From Phoronis australis (taxonomy: Eukaryota > Animalia > Phoronida), in NCBI GenBank assembly GCA_002633005.1, contig NMRA01000051.1:130911-194910 (forward strand): a stretch of 64,000 nucleotides of DNA, in the 5' to 3' direction. Shown here in pieces: positions 1-13,134 of the stretch. Position 1 is the first letter of the stretch. Every line of letters begins with the position of its first letter. A model generated the notes under the pieces. It saw only the letters and a list, made by a program, of their open reading frames with translations. It searched no databases and was not told the origin of the DNA. The translations under genes were made by a program, and so were the position numbers.

Positions 1-1191
1 TATCCCAACCAAAACTAAGCGCAAAAATACTTTTATCCCTTAATCTGGTTTTCCAATTTCTGTTATCCAACAAGTCAGCTGTTTATCTGTCCATGGTAGA
101 TATGAGTAATTTCTCAGTAGGACATGACACCAGAATTAAGCACACTGAAAATTACTTAACTATTGAGATAAGGACCAATATTTATTGCCGAAACACTTCC
201 GAGACAAACAAATTGTATAAGCTATGGTATCGAACAAATGTCAAGTACAACAAGTTTTATTTGTCTAAGAGATACAAATTTATGATAAAAACAAACTATA
301 CAGCGTAGTGCAAAATCATTCTTGGTTGGTGTCTATTAGAAGAGAAAAATATTTAAAAATCAAGAATACCTTCAAATGGAACCGTTTTGAATCTTGTATG
401 ATGTGTTTTGCTCTCCATGATCTGAACAACAATACGATCACATGCTAATACAAAAACAGAAAAGAACAAAACGGTGAAAATGTATACACAGATGAAAACA
501 GTACAGCCTTATTTAGCTAAAAAGTGACGAAGATAAGAAGAAAAAAGACCTCTCACGCGTGATTCGCGACGCAAGTAAACGCAGGTCTTTCATTGGAAAA
601 CACTGTAAACATAACAAGTGTTAACGACCAAGCACCGGCGTTCGACGTTATTTTCCAGTCGCAAACCGAGAAGTCAATTCAAATATCTAGTTTAATGCGA
701 CCCGTCTTCTTTAATTTAGACCAGCTGCCGTTGAAATAAATCTCAGTTTGTTCCTTAGTAGAAACGGATGTGATTTCTGGAGTTGAACAGAACTGGTAGT
801 TAGTTATCGCTCTACAATTTAAGTTGAATAGCCATTTTTAATCGTCAAGCAAACAATAACGAATTGTCAGTTGTTTGCAAGACAAAAAATTAAAACACTT
901 CCTACATGAGTAAGGAAAAAGTTGAGACTAATTTTGTATTGACAAATGGTCTAATTCAAAAGTCACGCCCTTCTACTTAAGGTAATATATACTACGTTGG
1001 ACGTTTGAATTGATTTGTCAGTCAATTCGAAGACCGTGGGGCGTGCTTACCGGTTCCGTGTCAAAACAAACCCGCAATATTTATACACTGACGACATAAA
1101 TTCCTGATCAAGCGTTATTTTCACTATATAGTTAATGTTCAGAGCATTATGCAAAGATCGGTTTTAGGTCAGTCTTCGTGGCTCTCTATAG

Positions 1192-1432
1192 CATGCGCGC
1201 ACCCCGGGGGGGGGGGGGGTCGGGGTCCCCTCATTTGGCGAAGCGGGCACAAAGGTCCGCCATATAGAAATAAAAAGTCCAAAAAATGAGACAAAAGTCC
1301 ACTAAAGAGGCGCAGATGCACAGTTCACAGTATTCAAGGTGGTACCCCGTTTTTTTAGTCCTCCCCGATCAGCAAAAGGTCCACACCGTCAAAAATTCGA
1401 GCCCCCCATATTAAAGGCTGGGTGCGCGCATG
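1192..1432. mobile_element. MITE with 13-bp TIR and 5-bp TSD
   Basis: CATGCGCGCACCC ... GGGTGCGCGCATG flanked by TATAG on both sides; internal poly-G and AAAGGTCC motifs. Confidence 0.8.
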
Positions 1433-2291
1433 TATAGGGCAGAGTTAGGGGGTCGAAAAGGAGAATCTTCGAGATTTTAAGAAGTAGCTGTGCTTATTGC
1501 GTGCTGTTTTTTTGGAAATCAGTTTCGACGAAGTATAATCGCCTTCATATTCTGAGTTTCTGGTTGGATTTCCATGACTTATTCTTTGCAGTTATGCAAA
1601 CCCCTGGGGAAGTAGGTGGCAAAATATTCATACTTTCATCAATGCATCTACCGATTGGAGAATCTAGTAAAGCCTATTATATAAGCCAGCCGCACACTAG
1701 GTAGCGGTGTGCTGTTGGCTTATAAAGAACGATTACCGGGTATTTGTAACACACACTACTACATTCTTCATTAAATATTCGACAAGTAAAAGTTGCGAGA
1801 CCCGGGTTTGGCGAATAAAAAATTAAAATTAATTTTGACGCGGATACAACAAAACCGCGTGTCCTTGCATTCTCTAATAACTTTCACAGAAAATTTTAAT
1901 CGGTGTCTCCAGAAAAGTCGAAAACATTGGTAATCAAATGCCGATGACCTCAACGTGTTTGTGAGAAAATTTCAATAGGCTGTGAAAACTTAGTTTTAAT
2001 TCTAATCAAAACTGGTAAAACCAAGGATTTAGAAACTTTAAATAGCAGAATAAGTTGTTTAAAGTTATTTGCTAAAACTTATGATTACTGATCTTCGGGA
2101 CACCCTTTGCGTAAAAGTTAAGGCGATAAGACACGAGGTAAAAACATACAAAGTTCGATTTTGCGAGGCTTTATAAAGTATCAATCGGTCACGTAGCCTT
2201 CAGTAAAATGACCTTTTTATGTTAGAGGATCCGTGAATGCAGAGGTTGTCTCCGTGTGAATAGACACAAAACACGTCGAAATACAGCAAAT

Positions 2292-4590
2292 ATGGTTGTG
2301 TTCCGTTTCAGGTCGGAAATAGTGGTAATGATGTTGTTTCTTCAAATCGCACGGCCCCAAGAGGAAGGATTTGATCTGCTGTGGCTGTCGAACAATCAGG
2401 AGGTAAAAAATAAAACTTTAAGAACGGACGGTCGCGTCCCCTACTGGATAAAAGGAAGTTTGGTAAGTTACCCAACTAACCGAGTATCTGCTCGCTTACT
2501 TTATATCCTATTATATCAACTTTGAATTTAATCATTGTCACTTTATTGCGGAAAAACAAGTTAGTCAAACTTTTGATTAAGATACTTTACCGTTGTGAAA
2601 TTGGTCTGCAAATCGTACTCAAGTCAAATTATGGATGACCTCTGGCTTTGGAAAGAACTGACAATTCGTTATTGCTTGTGACCAACCTTCCCAAAATAAT
2701 CACAGTGTACAGGGTCTCAAGAAATAAATGATCTGCCAGTTCTTTCAAAATTCAGAAATCAGTTGATAGGGGCGCCGAAAGACATTCGCATAGCGGATAC
2801 AATAGCCCGGACAATACTTGAAACCGTAACTGAAGTAGTTCACGACTGCGGAGTTTCGAGGTCTTACGATGCGCTTTTAGTAACACTGTGAGATTTTTCT
2901 TGTATGTAATTCACCTAAAAGTGGAAGAATTTTGAACTTTTATTTATTGTCCAAAATTTTATCACTGGGAAAACCACCACCGGAGAAACTTCAGTAACGT
3001 AAGACGTGTCTCCCATCTTATTCCTTATGTATAACACAAACAGTTCTTTGTTACCTGTTTCAGGTGAGAAACGGTCCTGGAAGATTTGAAATGGGTCCTC
3101 ACAGCATGAACCACTACTTCGACGGTTTTGCAAAGTTGGCAAAATTTGAATTCGACAGAGGATCTGTAAGATTTTCGACAAAATTTATCATGTCTGATTT
3201 TTACAAAGACTCGCTGAAAGAAAACGACATAGCGGCTTATTTAACACTCGGACACATTCGACCAGATATCAACTTTCTTAGAAAGCTAGCAGGGTTTCTT
3301 CGTGGCGTCCACAATATGGGTGTCAACGTGAAGCGACTCACAGTGGGCGAATCCACCAAATACTATGCCTTGAATGATATTTGGAGAATGTATGAATTCA
3401 ATCCAAAAAATTTGAACACTGTTGGATGTATTGAGCCGCCAACACATGTTAAACAACAATCACATGGGCACCTAACAAAGAGAATACAAGGTCTTCACTC
3501 GATTCCACTCAACATAACATCTCGGAAAACGATGGACTTGAATAAAAAGAACTACTCATTTAGAAAAAACACCAGATCAATGCCAATAGAACGTGCAGGC
3601 GATGTTGGCGAATTTTCCATGGATCCACGATTGTCGTCTGCTCACCCACAGAAAGAACATGGTCGCAATAACTGGATTACGTTTTACACACATTGGAGCC
3701 CTATTGGCGAAACACACGTCTATGTATATCGTATTCCATCTTTGGAAAAGCCAGAACTGATAACTGTACTAGAACTTGATAAAATACGATATATGCATTC
3801 ATTTGGGATGACAAAAAACCATGTAGTGTTCACTATTAACTCTTGCTACGTGGACATGGCCGAAGCCGTTACTTCTGTTCCTTTCGATGGCATAACATGT
3901 GACCACGAAAACCATTCGTCTGTGTTCGTTGTCGACTTAAGAAACAACCAGGTCACGAAATTGCAGACGAAGCCGTTGTTCGTTATGCACCACATCAACG
4001 CTTACGAAGCAGACGACAACACTATCATCTGCGACATGACAGACCATCACAATTTTAGCCTGGTCAAAAACTTGACGAGAGACATTTTACTAGACAAACA
4101 ACGAAGAAACAGCGAACTTCACCCCATCAGCAGATATGTTAGGTTGATTATTCACCTAGACACAAATGACATCGAATTTAAGCATTTCGATGCAAAGCCT
4201 GAATATCAGTTCGTGGCGACATCTGAATTTCCTGTTATTAATTCAGCGAAGCGTTATACTAAACACTGCTTCATATACGGTGTAACATTTACTTCTGATG
4301 CCAGAACATTTGCGAACATCAGTCTCACAAAAAAAGATGTCTGTGCCGGAGGCGATAGCGATGGATTTTGGCAAGTTGAAAACCATTATCCCAGCGAACC
4401 AAGGTTCTTGGCTTCTCCAGGGGCAACAGAAGAAGATGACGGAGTTCTCCTGTCCGTTGTTCTAGATGGAAGGAAACGGAAGTCTTACCTGGCTATTATC
4501 AACGCAAAAACAATGAAACTTCTTTCTGTGACATATTCGCCTGTTACAATACCATTTGGCATTCACGGGAAATTCTTTGAAGAATTGTAG
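2292..4590 (+). CDS. Carotenoid oxygenase (BCO/RPE65-like) paralogue 1; exons 2292-2462 and 3064-4590; about 565 aa
   Basis: Exon 1 ends ...GRVPYWIKGSL|GTAAGT; acceptor TTTCAG|VRNGPG gives a phase-0 join recreating the family motif G-x-VP-x-W-xx-G-x-L-x-RNGPG. HYFDG, SAHP, YMHSFG, HHINAYE, EFP, PSEP, EDDG and FGIHG motifs are present (four Fe-ligand His). Confidence 0.93.
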
Positions 4591-5240
4591 ACTCGTACGT
4601 CCGACCAATCGAATGTATTGAACATTCTTGCTTTAAGAATGGAGTTTACAGCAGTCATACATACACGAAGCTTACCAGTAAAATCGCGGTTGATGTTTGT
4701 CAGGCTGCTAGAACTTCACCTGCAAAATGACTTAGAATGAGTCTCAACCTACTCAAATGACAAGTTCAAATTGATATAGACCTAGACAACAATGAATATT
4801 CAAATTCTTTTTTAGAAGTCATTAAGTTGATATTCGACCTGGATTGGAATCGTACAGGTTTCTGATTAGCGGCCATAAGTGGTGTTTATTTCTTTATAAG
4901 GTCAGCGGACTTCGTGCAAACTCGTTGTCGAGCTCTCTAAATCTGCTTTCGTCTGGTAGTCAAGCTGGGCACGAACCATTCTATCATTCTAGCAAATATA
5001 TCTAAACACAAAAGATTCGCGGTACACAATAATAGTGAAGCATTGTTGTTAGTAAAATTCTACGAAACATCGGTGGCGGCAAATTACCTGAGATTATTTC
5101 GATGTGTGGCTGACATCTTCATCGGTGGTGTTGCTTTTATACTGAACGATGACGGAGATCACCCTCTCCATGAAACTGAAATGCAGTTTCAGATAAAGTA
5201 AAATATATTTGTTTCTCTCCATGGCGGTAGGCGTCTGCTT

Positions 5241-5678
5241 GATCTTTCGGTGGCCCGAAAGAATCACTGCTATTTTAGTTAAATTACTTTTTTATTTTTT
5301 CTGTTTCTAAAGTGGCCCGAACGTATCACGGGTATTTTAGTTAAATTATTTTTCCTTTTCCACCCAGGTGGAAATAATTTACACTTGGGCGAGGATGAAT
5401 TTGCCAAGGTGAAAATGTTTCCACCCGAGTGTAAACAATTTCAACACCGGTGGAAATAATTTACACCTAGGTTGAAATTATTTCCATCCAGGTTGAAATT
5501 ATGTACACCCAGATTGAAATAATCACTATCTGGCAAGTTATTTACGCCGGGTGAAAATTGACCCCATCTGGGTAGAAATTAATTCCACTCGGGTGGAAAA
5601 TATTTCCACCTAGGTGAAAAAGGAAGAATAAAAAAGTAATTTAACTAAGTGATGATGCTTTAGGGCCACCGTATGATC
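5241..5678. mobile_element. Foldback/MITE with internal ~21-bp minisatellite in inverted arrangement
   Basis: Terminal IR GATC(T/A)T(T/A)CGGTGGCCC...TTAGTTAAATTACTTTTTTATT mirrored at the right end; internal ACACCCAGGTGGAAATAATTT-like units. Confidence 0.7.
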
Positions 5679-6229
5679 CAGACTGATTCCCTAACCTTTC
5701 TCGTGCAATTCACTGCTTCAATATCAATCAGCCAGGTACACGTTTAGCTACATAATTACAGGAGTTCCTCTAGACCGGGTAGTTTAGGTACCTTGAGTCC
5801 TATGTACTGACTAATCAGACAATGACATGATTATCACCCGCCAAAGACGAAGGGAAGATAGTAATGGTAAGCAGCATTCTATGTGCACGCCGTTCCGTCA
5901 GTTCATGCAGAGAAATGTCGACCAAACTTCAGAAAACAAATCCTGTATAAATTCTGCTTGTCTCAGATGATTTTGTTTTGGAAAAAAGGGCATCAAAAAA
6001 CAGAGACCGGAACTAGCTCGCGCTTATTTCAAGAACCGGTTGACAGGTTTTTATGAAAATTGACAGTGATTTATGGTGGGGGTGCACCGTACCAGGTGAG
6101 TCAAAATAAAGCCATTCTGAAATCTTATTTTAACAGAATACAAGTTTTCAGATAAATCATTGTGAAAATAATTTTAACTGTTTACCTAACGATTACTTCG
6201 ATTGTGTCCGGCGCCCAAACTCATCAGCA

Positions 6230-6810
6230 GTTTACATGAATTTAACCATTGAAGTTTGGTTAAATCAAGCTGTTATGCTTGAAAATACTTTTCTGCTAAT
6301 TTTTAGACAACGAATAAGGGATTGTTATTTGCAATGATGGAGACAAAATGTTGAAAGTAATCTTAAACTGCCTTTTTGTAACCAATTTAAAAAAGAATTC
6401 CATTTGGAAAAAATTAAGTACACAAATTATGTCCATAGCACGTTTTTGTTGCTCTAGCCACAGTCTCGTGATTGAAGTAGGCAGGCACTTAAATTTAGAT
6501 GAGTTAAACACAGTGGGTCCCTTCTGCCCCAATGTTGATGAAGACGAGTACCATTTCTTTCTGATGGACTCCATGGGCGGCGCATTGTACGGGGCTGGGG
6601 GAGGGGGGNGGGGGGGGGGGGGGGGGGGGGGGGGCTATAGCCCCCACTTATTTCAGTGCTGCGCCAGCCATAGATTCTCGACTCCGTGATAGCTTGCTGC
6701 AGTATTTACTTACTTAAAAGTTTGTTACATCAGTGTTGTTATTTTGTACAGTGAGCCTATGACTTTTATTACAAAAATAAATTGATTAATAAATTGATTG
6801 AATTGAAACT
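6230..6810 (+). mobile_element. 3' remnant of a non-LTR retrotransposon (LINE ORF2 C-terminal Zn-finger region and tail)
   Basis: IARFCCSSHSLVIEVGRH...PFCPNVDEDEYHFFL resembles the R-x-S-x-H-x-L-x-IE-x-GR...C..EDE-x-HF motif; followed by AATAAA and an (ATTGA)n-like tail; interrupted by a MITE. Confidence 0.65.
6572..6672 (+). mobile_element. Short CATGGGCGGCGCA-family MITE inserted in the LINE remnant
   Basis: Same ends as 32466 and 34587; imperfect 5-bp TSD GACTC/GATTC; contains an N in poly-G. Confidence 0.7.
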
Positions 6811-8482
6811 GATGGATGGATTTTATTTATTAACAATTATAAAACACATTTTTATTGTGTTTCTGTACTTCTTATGTATACTTCATTTTCAAACAGTTAT
6901 AAATTATTGAAAATAACAGTTACTTGGAACGTCAAATATTTGTGAGATTGAACTCTACGTGCGTTTATATTCATAACCATTTTTGGTCCATGTGCATTAG
7001 TGTAGACCACTGAGTGTATTTTAGTAGTTTACCACAATATATCGTAGACCACTGGCTGCATTCTTTTGAATAGCCTGTCCGATGTACATCATAGAATGTA
7101 CCATGTATTCACGAGTGTGGTCACTATATAAATATAGAAATTACCAATGATGGGTCTCGTTAAGGTGGCCAGTGCTATCAATATATAGGATTTACCAAAT
7201 CTATGACATGTACTATGAATTGTTGATAGTGGGATTGTATGGGTAATACCATAGAAAAATCCAACCTAAATTCGTAATTTGCCTTTCCCGCGCTCTTAGC
7301 TAATTTCCATTTCCACCGACAGCTTTGGTTTTCCAAACAGGTTTCATTTTTACAAGTTAGGATTGATTTTCCAAACAAGATTGATTTTTGCGAATTAGGT
7401 CTGATTATTGTATTCGTTATATTTTGCCCTTTCCGGGACCCATACACAAACTATATCCACATTTACACTTCCTCCATTAGTCATGCCGGTTTGTTTGTAT
7501 AAAACGCTACTTTTTGACGATTCGACCAGCCAATCAGAAGCGCCGGTGTAAAATTTTTTTCGGAAAAAAATTAAATAACACCTTAGGTGACACTGAAAAG
7601 TTAGGCTGCGGCCGCGGCCAATTTGCACTCCTAAAATATTAAAATGTTGGGGTAAGCCAAGTTTGGGGGCATTTTTTCAGTAGGCACTGCATGTAGGCTC
7701 AGCGAATGTGGTTCGTTTGTGTTTGTGAACATGCTGAAAATGAAAAAAGGCCACTTTCTCGGCTGTAGCTGCACTCTTCTTCAAGATAGTGGCCCCCTGT
7801 TGCATTTGTGCATTGCTGTGTAGCAACTGAAAAATTGGCCGCCATTTCAGGTAGCCCTCAAACAAGCCAAATTTTCAAAAAAATAGTAGGTACTTTTGGA
7901 CCACATTTTTGGAATCGGTAGAAAAATTGCTGTAGGAATCTAATGGTAGCTTTAGTCGAGCATTGGCAGGGAAGTGGTGGTTTTGGGGTGGAAAGTGCCG
8001 ATTTTGCATTTTTTTTGCCCTTATTTTTCTTAGTCTGACTTGCTTTCCACTGGGAGTGAAAGGGTCAAAAATACAAGAGAGAATAAAGTTTCTGTGCTCA
8101 TCTGTAGGGCTTGTGATGTGAAATGACTGAAACCTTTTCTTTACTTGCATGCAGTTTTTGACAGAGTGAAGAAAGGGCGAAGAGTCCATTGACGTGTGTT
8201 CTGACAGACAAACCCCTGTGATAACTGTTCAGTGCCTCCCGACCCTCTTTCACAGTGCCAAGAAAGGTAGCACTGTCGTATGTTGTTTAACATGGCTCCT
8301 TATTGGTTAAAGTTATGAAACCGATATCATGATATTTAGTCATTTCCATTGGTTGAAATTTGCGTAGTTTGGCGTCCACCTTTGACTTGATTAGGTGCAA
8401 TTTATTAATACGGGTAGTGATCGAAGTGAACAAAATCAATGGAACTCTGATCCAATGGCTTAAGCCCAAACATGTACTGTGC

Positions 8483-8646
8483 TTAAAGGAGAATGCCACT
8501 TGATTTAATTAGTCTTTTTGACCATCTTAATCGGTCAACGCAGCGACGTCAGTGGTTCTTCCGCAGAGCGAGTGCCACTATGGTGTGGTGTATCGTTCCC
8601 GCTTGTGCGAACTGTGAAGCTGAGAGGAAAGCGGGTATATCGTTTC
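8483..8646 (+). mobile_element. Truncated Kolobok-like end with THAP start (MVWCIVPAC)
   Basis: TTAA-AGGAGAATGCCAC... is an inverted, internally deleted copy of 12895-13138. Confidence 0.7.
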
Positions 8647-11363
8647 TACCACCCGTTTGTGAGGTAAAGAGCAATTTGCGCTAGAACATCTTGCTCTCGT
8701 CACTTATGTGTTTAGAACGCGTAAATGGGGCAAGGCGGAAAGAAGCATCTCTACTGCGCTTGTGTAATGACCTCAATACGGGTTCTTTGTCTCTTCAACT
8801 CCCGTGATTTGTACACGTGAGCATTTGTGACACACTCTCCAGCCTACAACTTCCGTCTTGCCACAGTTAGTGAATTGTGTGTGTAAACGGGCGCTTGACA
8901 CCGATCAGTTTGTTCCGTGTCAGTTGCGCCGGGCCAAAAGTTGATGTCTAAACGGGACTTAATATCCGGGTATGCGCAATTGTTATACCGACTCGTCTGT
9001 ATAATCCCGCTAACTCTAGCCGAATTTCATGCTTTCCGTAGTATTTAGACCGGGATCCCACACATTTTGGGCATGAGAAAGTAACCAATTTTCTTTGGTG
9101 CCACAGTGCTCTCTGGGTATCCTCATGCTTGGAAATGGCCGTCTGGCAGGTTCACTCGTTTGGGTCTCGTCAGGGGAGCCAAGAGAATGACAATCAAAAA
9201 TTGAGCTAGATCAATTTTTCTGGTAACCACTTAAAACTGTCTACAATACGTAAAACGTAATCCACTGTATCAAAATAAGTCACTGCCAGACAATTTCAGT
9301 GGTGGGGAGTATCAGCCAGGCGGTTATAAGCAGCTAGGTAAAAAAATGAGCTAGATCAATCGAAGAGGTAACCGCCTTAAACCAGTTGCAAAATATTCAC
9401 CGTGAGCCGAACCAACTCTAATGATGGTTGTTCATTCCCATGGTTACTGCTATTGACTTCTCCACTGCGAACTGAACAATACGTCAGGGAGAATAGACCC
9501 CTCAAACCAAATTGGGAATAGTGTGTGAGTTTCATTTGTATGCCAACCATAATCATTTGGTGTCAGTCCATCCCCAGGACTTGCCGCTACGGCACGGATC
9601 AATAGTGCTGTGACGTACTAACTTAGTTCCGCGAATCTTCATCTGCAGGCTACGAAGACAAGTGGGAGCAACGCGCAGTCAATTCGTTTTACATTTGCAA
9701 GCGGGTTCTTCTGAAAGAAAATTAAAAAATATAAGCATAAGTGACTTTGATAGTAGCTATACATTATCAGATCGAATAATTATATTGTTTACGGGTTATC
9801 ACTTTTTACCTCAACAACTTTGCCAGTCATGTCCATAAGTTTGACAAACCGGCCCTCGTTAACTTCTTTGACCTTGCGTACATGTGATACACGAATTTAG
9901 TGACAAACCGACATCGATGCTGTCACGCACATCTACAAAAGTGATGAACATATTGGTGAGCTTTTCATCACTTTCAGCAATGTCCAAGGGCTTAACTTTG
10001 CCTTTCCCAAAAATGAGGAATGACGTATAAGACTAATTCATAATAGAAACATTTTTAATTTAAAGGAGGCAATCATTTACATGGCAGACGTAATCACAGC
10101 TAATTGAATACTCGTCAATACTGTAATTACCAAAATTTCGATAACATACCTGTAAAAGACAGATGTGTAGTCACATCCAGTGAAGGCATGGTATTCAGGC
10201 ATTGCTCTGGCAAGTCCGTATTTTCGCTCTTCAAGAACATTTGGAAATGTACGTTGATCAATCTCCTGCTGCTTCCCATCCCACAGTCCATGACAACGTT
10301 GGTCGTGGATAGTATTTCTCGCAGTTGCTGTCCTAGTGTCATTCCAGATTACTAAAAAAAAAACCGTATCTGAAGCCCTCATTACCACATAGCCGAAAGG
10401 GATGTTTGCGACGTGGAACGCAATTAACGTGTCCGATTCCTCGTGGTCGCCTTGGAGGTTTTGTCTCCATGATGTGCTGGTCATCGTCGGGAAACAACTG
10501 GTAGCAGTCGGCAAACAAGGTTTTCCCACCAATTTATATACCAGTTCATTCTTGAACGCGGTGTTACTAAGAAGTGCTTGTGAGCTCTGTCGCATAGTTT
10601 GATCAGGCCTTGTTGGCATACATGGAATTAGTTCGCCGCGTTGTTTCCGTTTACGGTTCATAATTGAGTTTTCAACATACTTGTCTTCGTACAGACCACT
10701 GACCACATCGATCGTGCAACTGATCCTAAGTTGCGCCTATTCCCGTCTATGAGATGACTGAATGTAGAAGAAATCCGCCATCAAAAACCTTCACGTAGCC
10801 CTGCAGAAAGTCTTCATCTGTTATAGGTTCTGTCTGGAACAATTCAAGTTTTTTCAACAAAGCAGACTTTTCGGATTTGACGAGTGAGCAAGTGATAACG
10901 GATGAGGTGTGACTGGATGTGAGCGAAGTTTTCGGAGGTCGAAGTCGGTCCTCTCTACTACAACTGCGATTATGTGTATGAACAAATCTCTGAGACTCTC
11001 TGCGGTTGTCTTGTTTCTCTGTGAGACCGATGACTTGGTTTTCTTCTTCACGCTATCAGCAGCGAAATTTTGGACAGCTGTACGTTTCGCTGGTCGCAGA
11101 AACCTACTGCTGTTGTTTTCCCATTCGTGTTGGAATTTCTCTCTCGCATCATGGCCTCGGATCAGTGCATTGATCAGATAGTCTTCCGTTGCTTGGGATG
11201 CTGCTAAGCCAGTTGCGATGTTAACCAGACCAGTTGGAACATCGTCCGCAAACGAATTGCAGAAATTGTCGATTTTCACACTGAGTGATGCCATTTGATA
11301 GTTACCTTTTTGATTATTGAAGGATTGCATTCTACCCGATTTCAAGTCTTGCCATTGTTTTAA

Positions 11364-13134
11364 AGGAGCATTCCACCCAAAAAAACAACCTATTTTGTAT
11401 CAATTTAGATCCAGTAGTTCTACTCGATAACGGCACATTTGGTTGCGTTACCTGACACCTTACGGCAGACGGAGGTGTTGAAATTATCCAATGACGTCAT
11501 CGGTTTCACACGCCGTCTGTTCAGCAGTTCACAACACGGGTTACTGGTGTCAGCTTATCGCTTTAATTCATCGTTTAACACCAATAAATTATCAAACCTC
11601 GATGTAAAACCCTTAAAAATACACCGAGTTCCTACATAAACGTGCTGTAACGGATTGGTATTTGGACACACCGTAGCTTACAAAGCTCAGCAGGTCAATT
11701 TACCAAGGTCGTAGCAGGAGTTTGGGGTCTGTTCGGAGATAAATTCGAAATATTCTTCCGTGAAATACAGACAGGAGAACATAGATTTGTGTTGTTTAGA
11801 CTTGTGATTTTTGAGTTCTAAACACACAGAACGCTTGTTATCCCGGCCAGTGGCTCGAAATCCGATCAGGCCCGTCGCGACTAGACTGACTCGTTATCCC
11901 GGCCAGTGGTTCGGAACCGGTCAGACCCGTCGCGGCCGCCGGGACTGGCACGAACATAAACCAGCTTGAGTTGGAAACTAAACCTATCCAGTCACGAAAA
12001 GACTATAATAGCAAGCCAAAGAAATAATGTGCACGTAATTATTTATGTGAATTAGCCACGAAACTGAAAATCTACTCACTTGTCGGGGGCCGCGAAGTCA
12101 GGTTCCCCTTCCACAGACCGTCAGGGCAAAGGCTGTGCAGTAACGATGATTTGAAGTCAGTAGCATTGCGCTCATACGGCCTCGGTGCCCGGTCAATTGA
12201 CCTATCACCAGGATTTTGAGTGACGGCTTAACTGACCATTTAGAAAGCAGCATTACTGACGCACCTTCGTTTCCAAGCCGCCATTTTAACTGACAGAAAC
12301 ACGTTGCCGGGTAAGACTTATTGTTTGTTAGTCGCAAGGGGGCGGAGCTTGCAATAGGTCAATTTACCTTTATTGCCGGCATCAAAAGCCGGTAACGCAG
12401 TAGTTTATTCATTGCCGGCTTCTCAACATTTGCACTCACGAATACTGCAAAGTCATAACAATTTGTATCTCAATGAGACAGACTTTGTTTCAGTTCTATA
12501 TAAGTATTGGTTAGGATGAGAATAATTCATTTTGAAACAGAACGCAGAAAATAAACGTCTGCATGGCAACTCGCCCGGCGCCAATCCCGACTTAGCCAAG
12601 AGCTCATCAGACAAAGACTTCACAGGTCGGATCATTAGATTTCAAGGCTATCAGTTCGAACCGGAATACACTGACCAAGAAATACTAGAGAGGCGCCGTG
12701 AACATGCACAGGCAACGGAAAGTATGGGTAATTCTTTGGTAAGCCGGAATTCGTCAGGGAAATCACTGTTGACGAAATGCCGGCCACAGACACGGAGATA
12801 TTTCACGGCCTCATATTTGCTATTAACAGCGTATCTTTCATTCTTCACTACCGCGAGCCACTTCCTAAGCATTTCGGGCTCTCGAGGAAGTCGAAAAAAC
12901 GATATACCTGCTTTCTTCGTAGCTTCGTAGTTCGGACAAGCGGGAACGATACACCGCAATATAGCGGCATTCACTCTGCAGACGAACCACTGACGTCGCT
13001 GCGTCGTTTCTCACCTTCCTCACGGGTTAACACGACACCTCTCGGCAAGGTGAGGTCAACCGTATAAGAGGCGATGTGGATATAGACCGATTAAGACGGT
13101 AAAAAAGACTAATTAAATCGGGTGGCATTCTCCT
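11364..13134 (-). mobile_element. Kolobok-like DNA transposon (internally deleted) with THAP domain
   Basis: TTAA TSD at 11360-11363 and 13135-13138; TIR AGGAG(C/A)AT(T/G)CCACCC; THAP C2CH ORF at 12651-12974 (-). Confidence 0.8.
12651..12974 (-). pseudogene. THAP zinc-finger fragment of the Kolobok-like element
   Basis: CIVPAC...FFRLP...RKW...RVCGRHF; the ATG seen in the 8559 copy is ATA here; no catalytic domain follows. Confidence 0.75.

Noticed and set aside
93-1953. Short ORFs at the window start and other sub-100-aa ORFs in introns
   Set aside because: No recognisable domains or splice-consistent structure; many are antisense shadows of real exons.
3064-4590. Bacterial contaminant or GTG-initiated prokaryotic gene
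   Set aside because: GTG follows a canonical splice acceptor, and an upstream exon supplies the conserved N-terminal motif.
7580-8300. Probable transposon terminal region with short ORFs
   Set aside because: Looks repeat-like, but I could not identify paired TIRs, a TSD or a protein motif.
12651-12974. Domesticated THAP transcription factor
   Set aside because: Lies within TIR/TTAA boundaries, the start codon is mutated and it is truncated.
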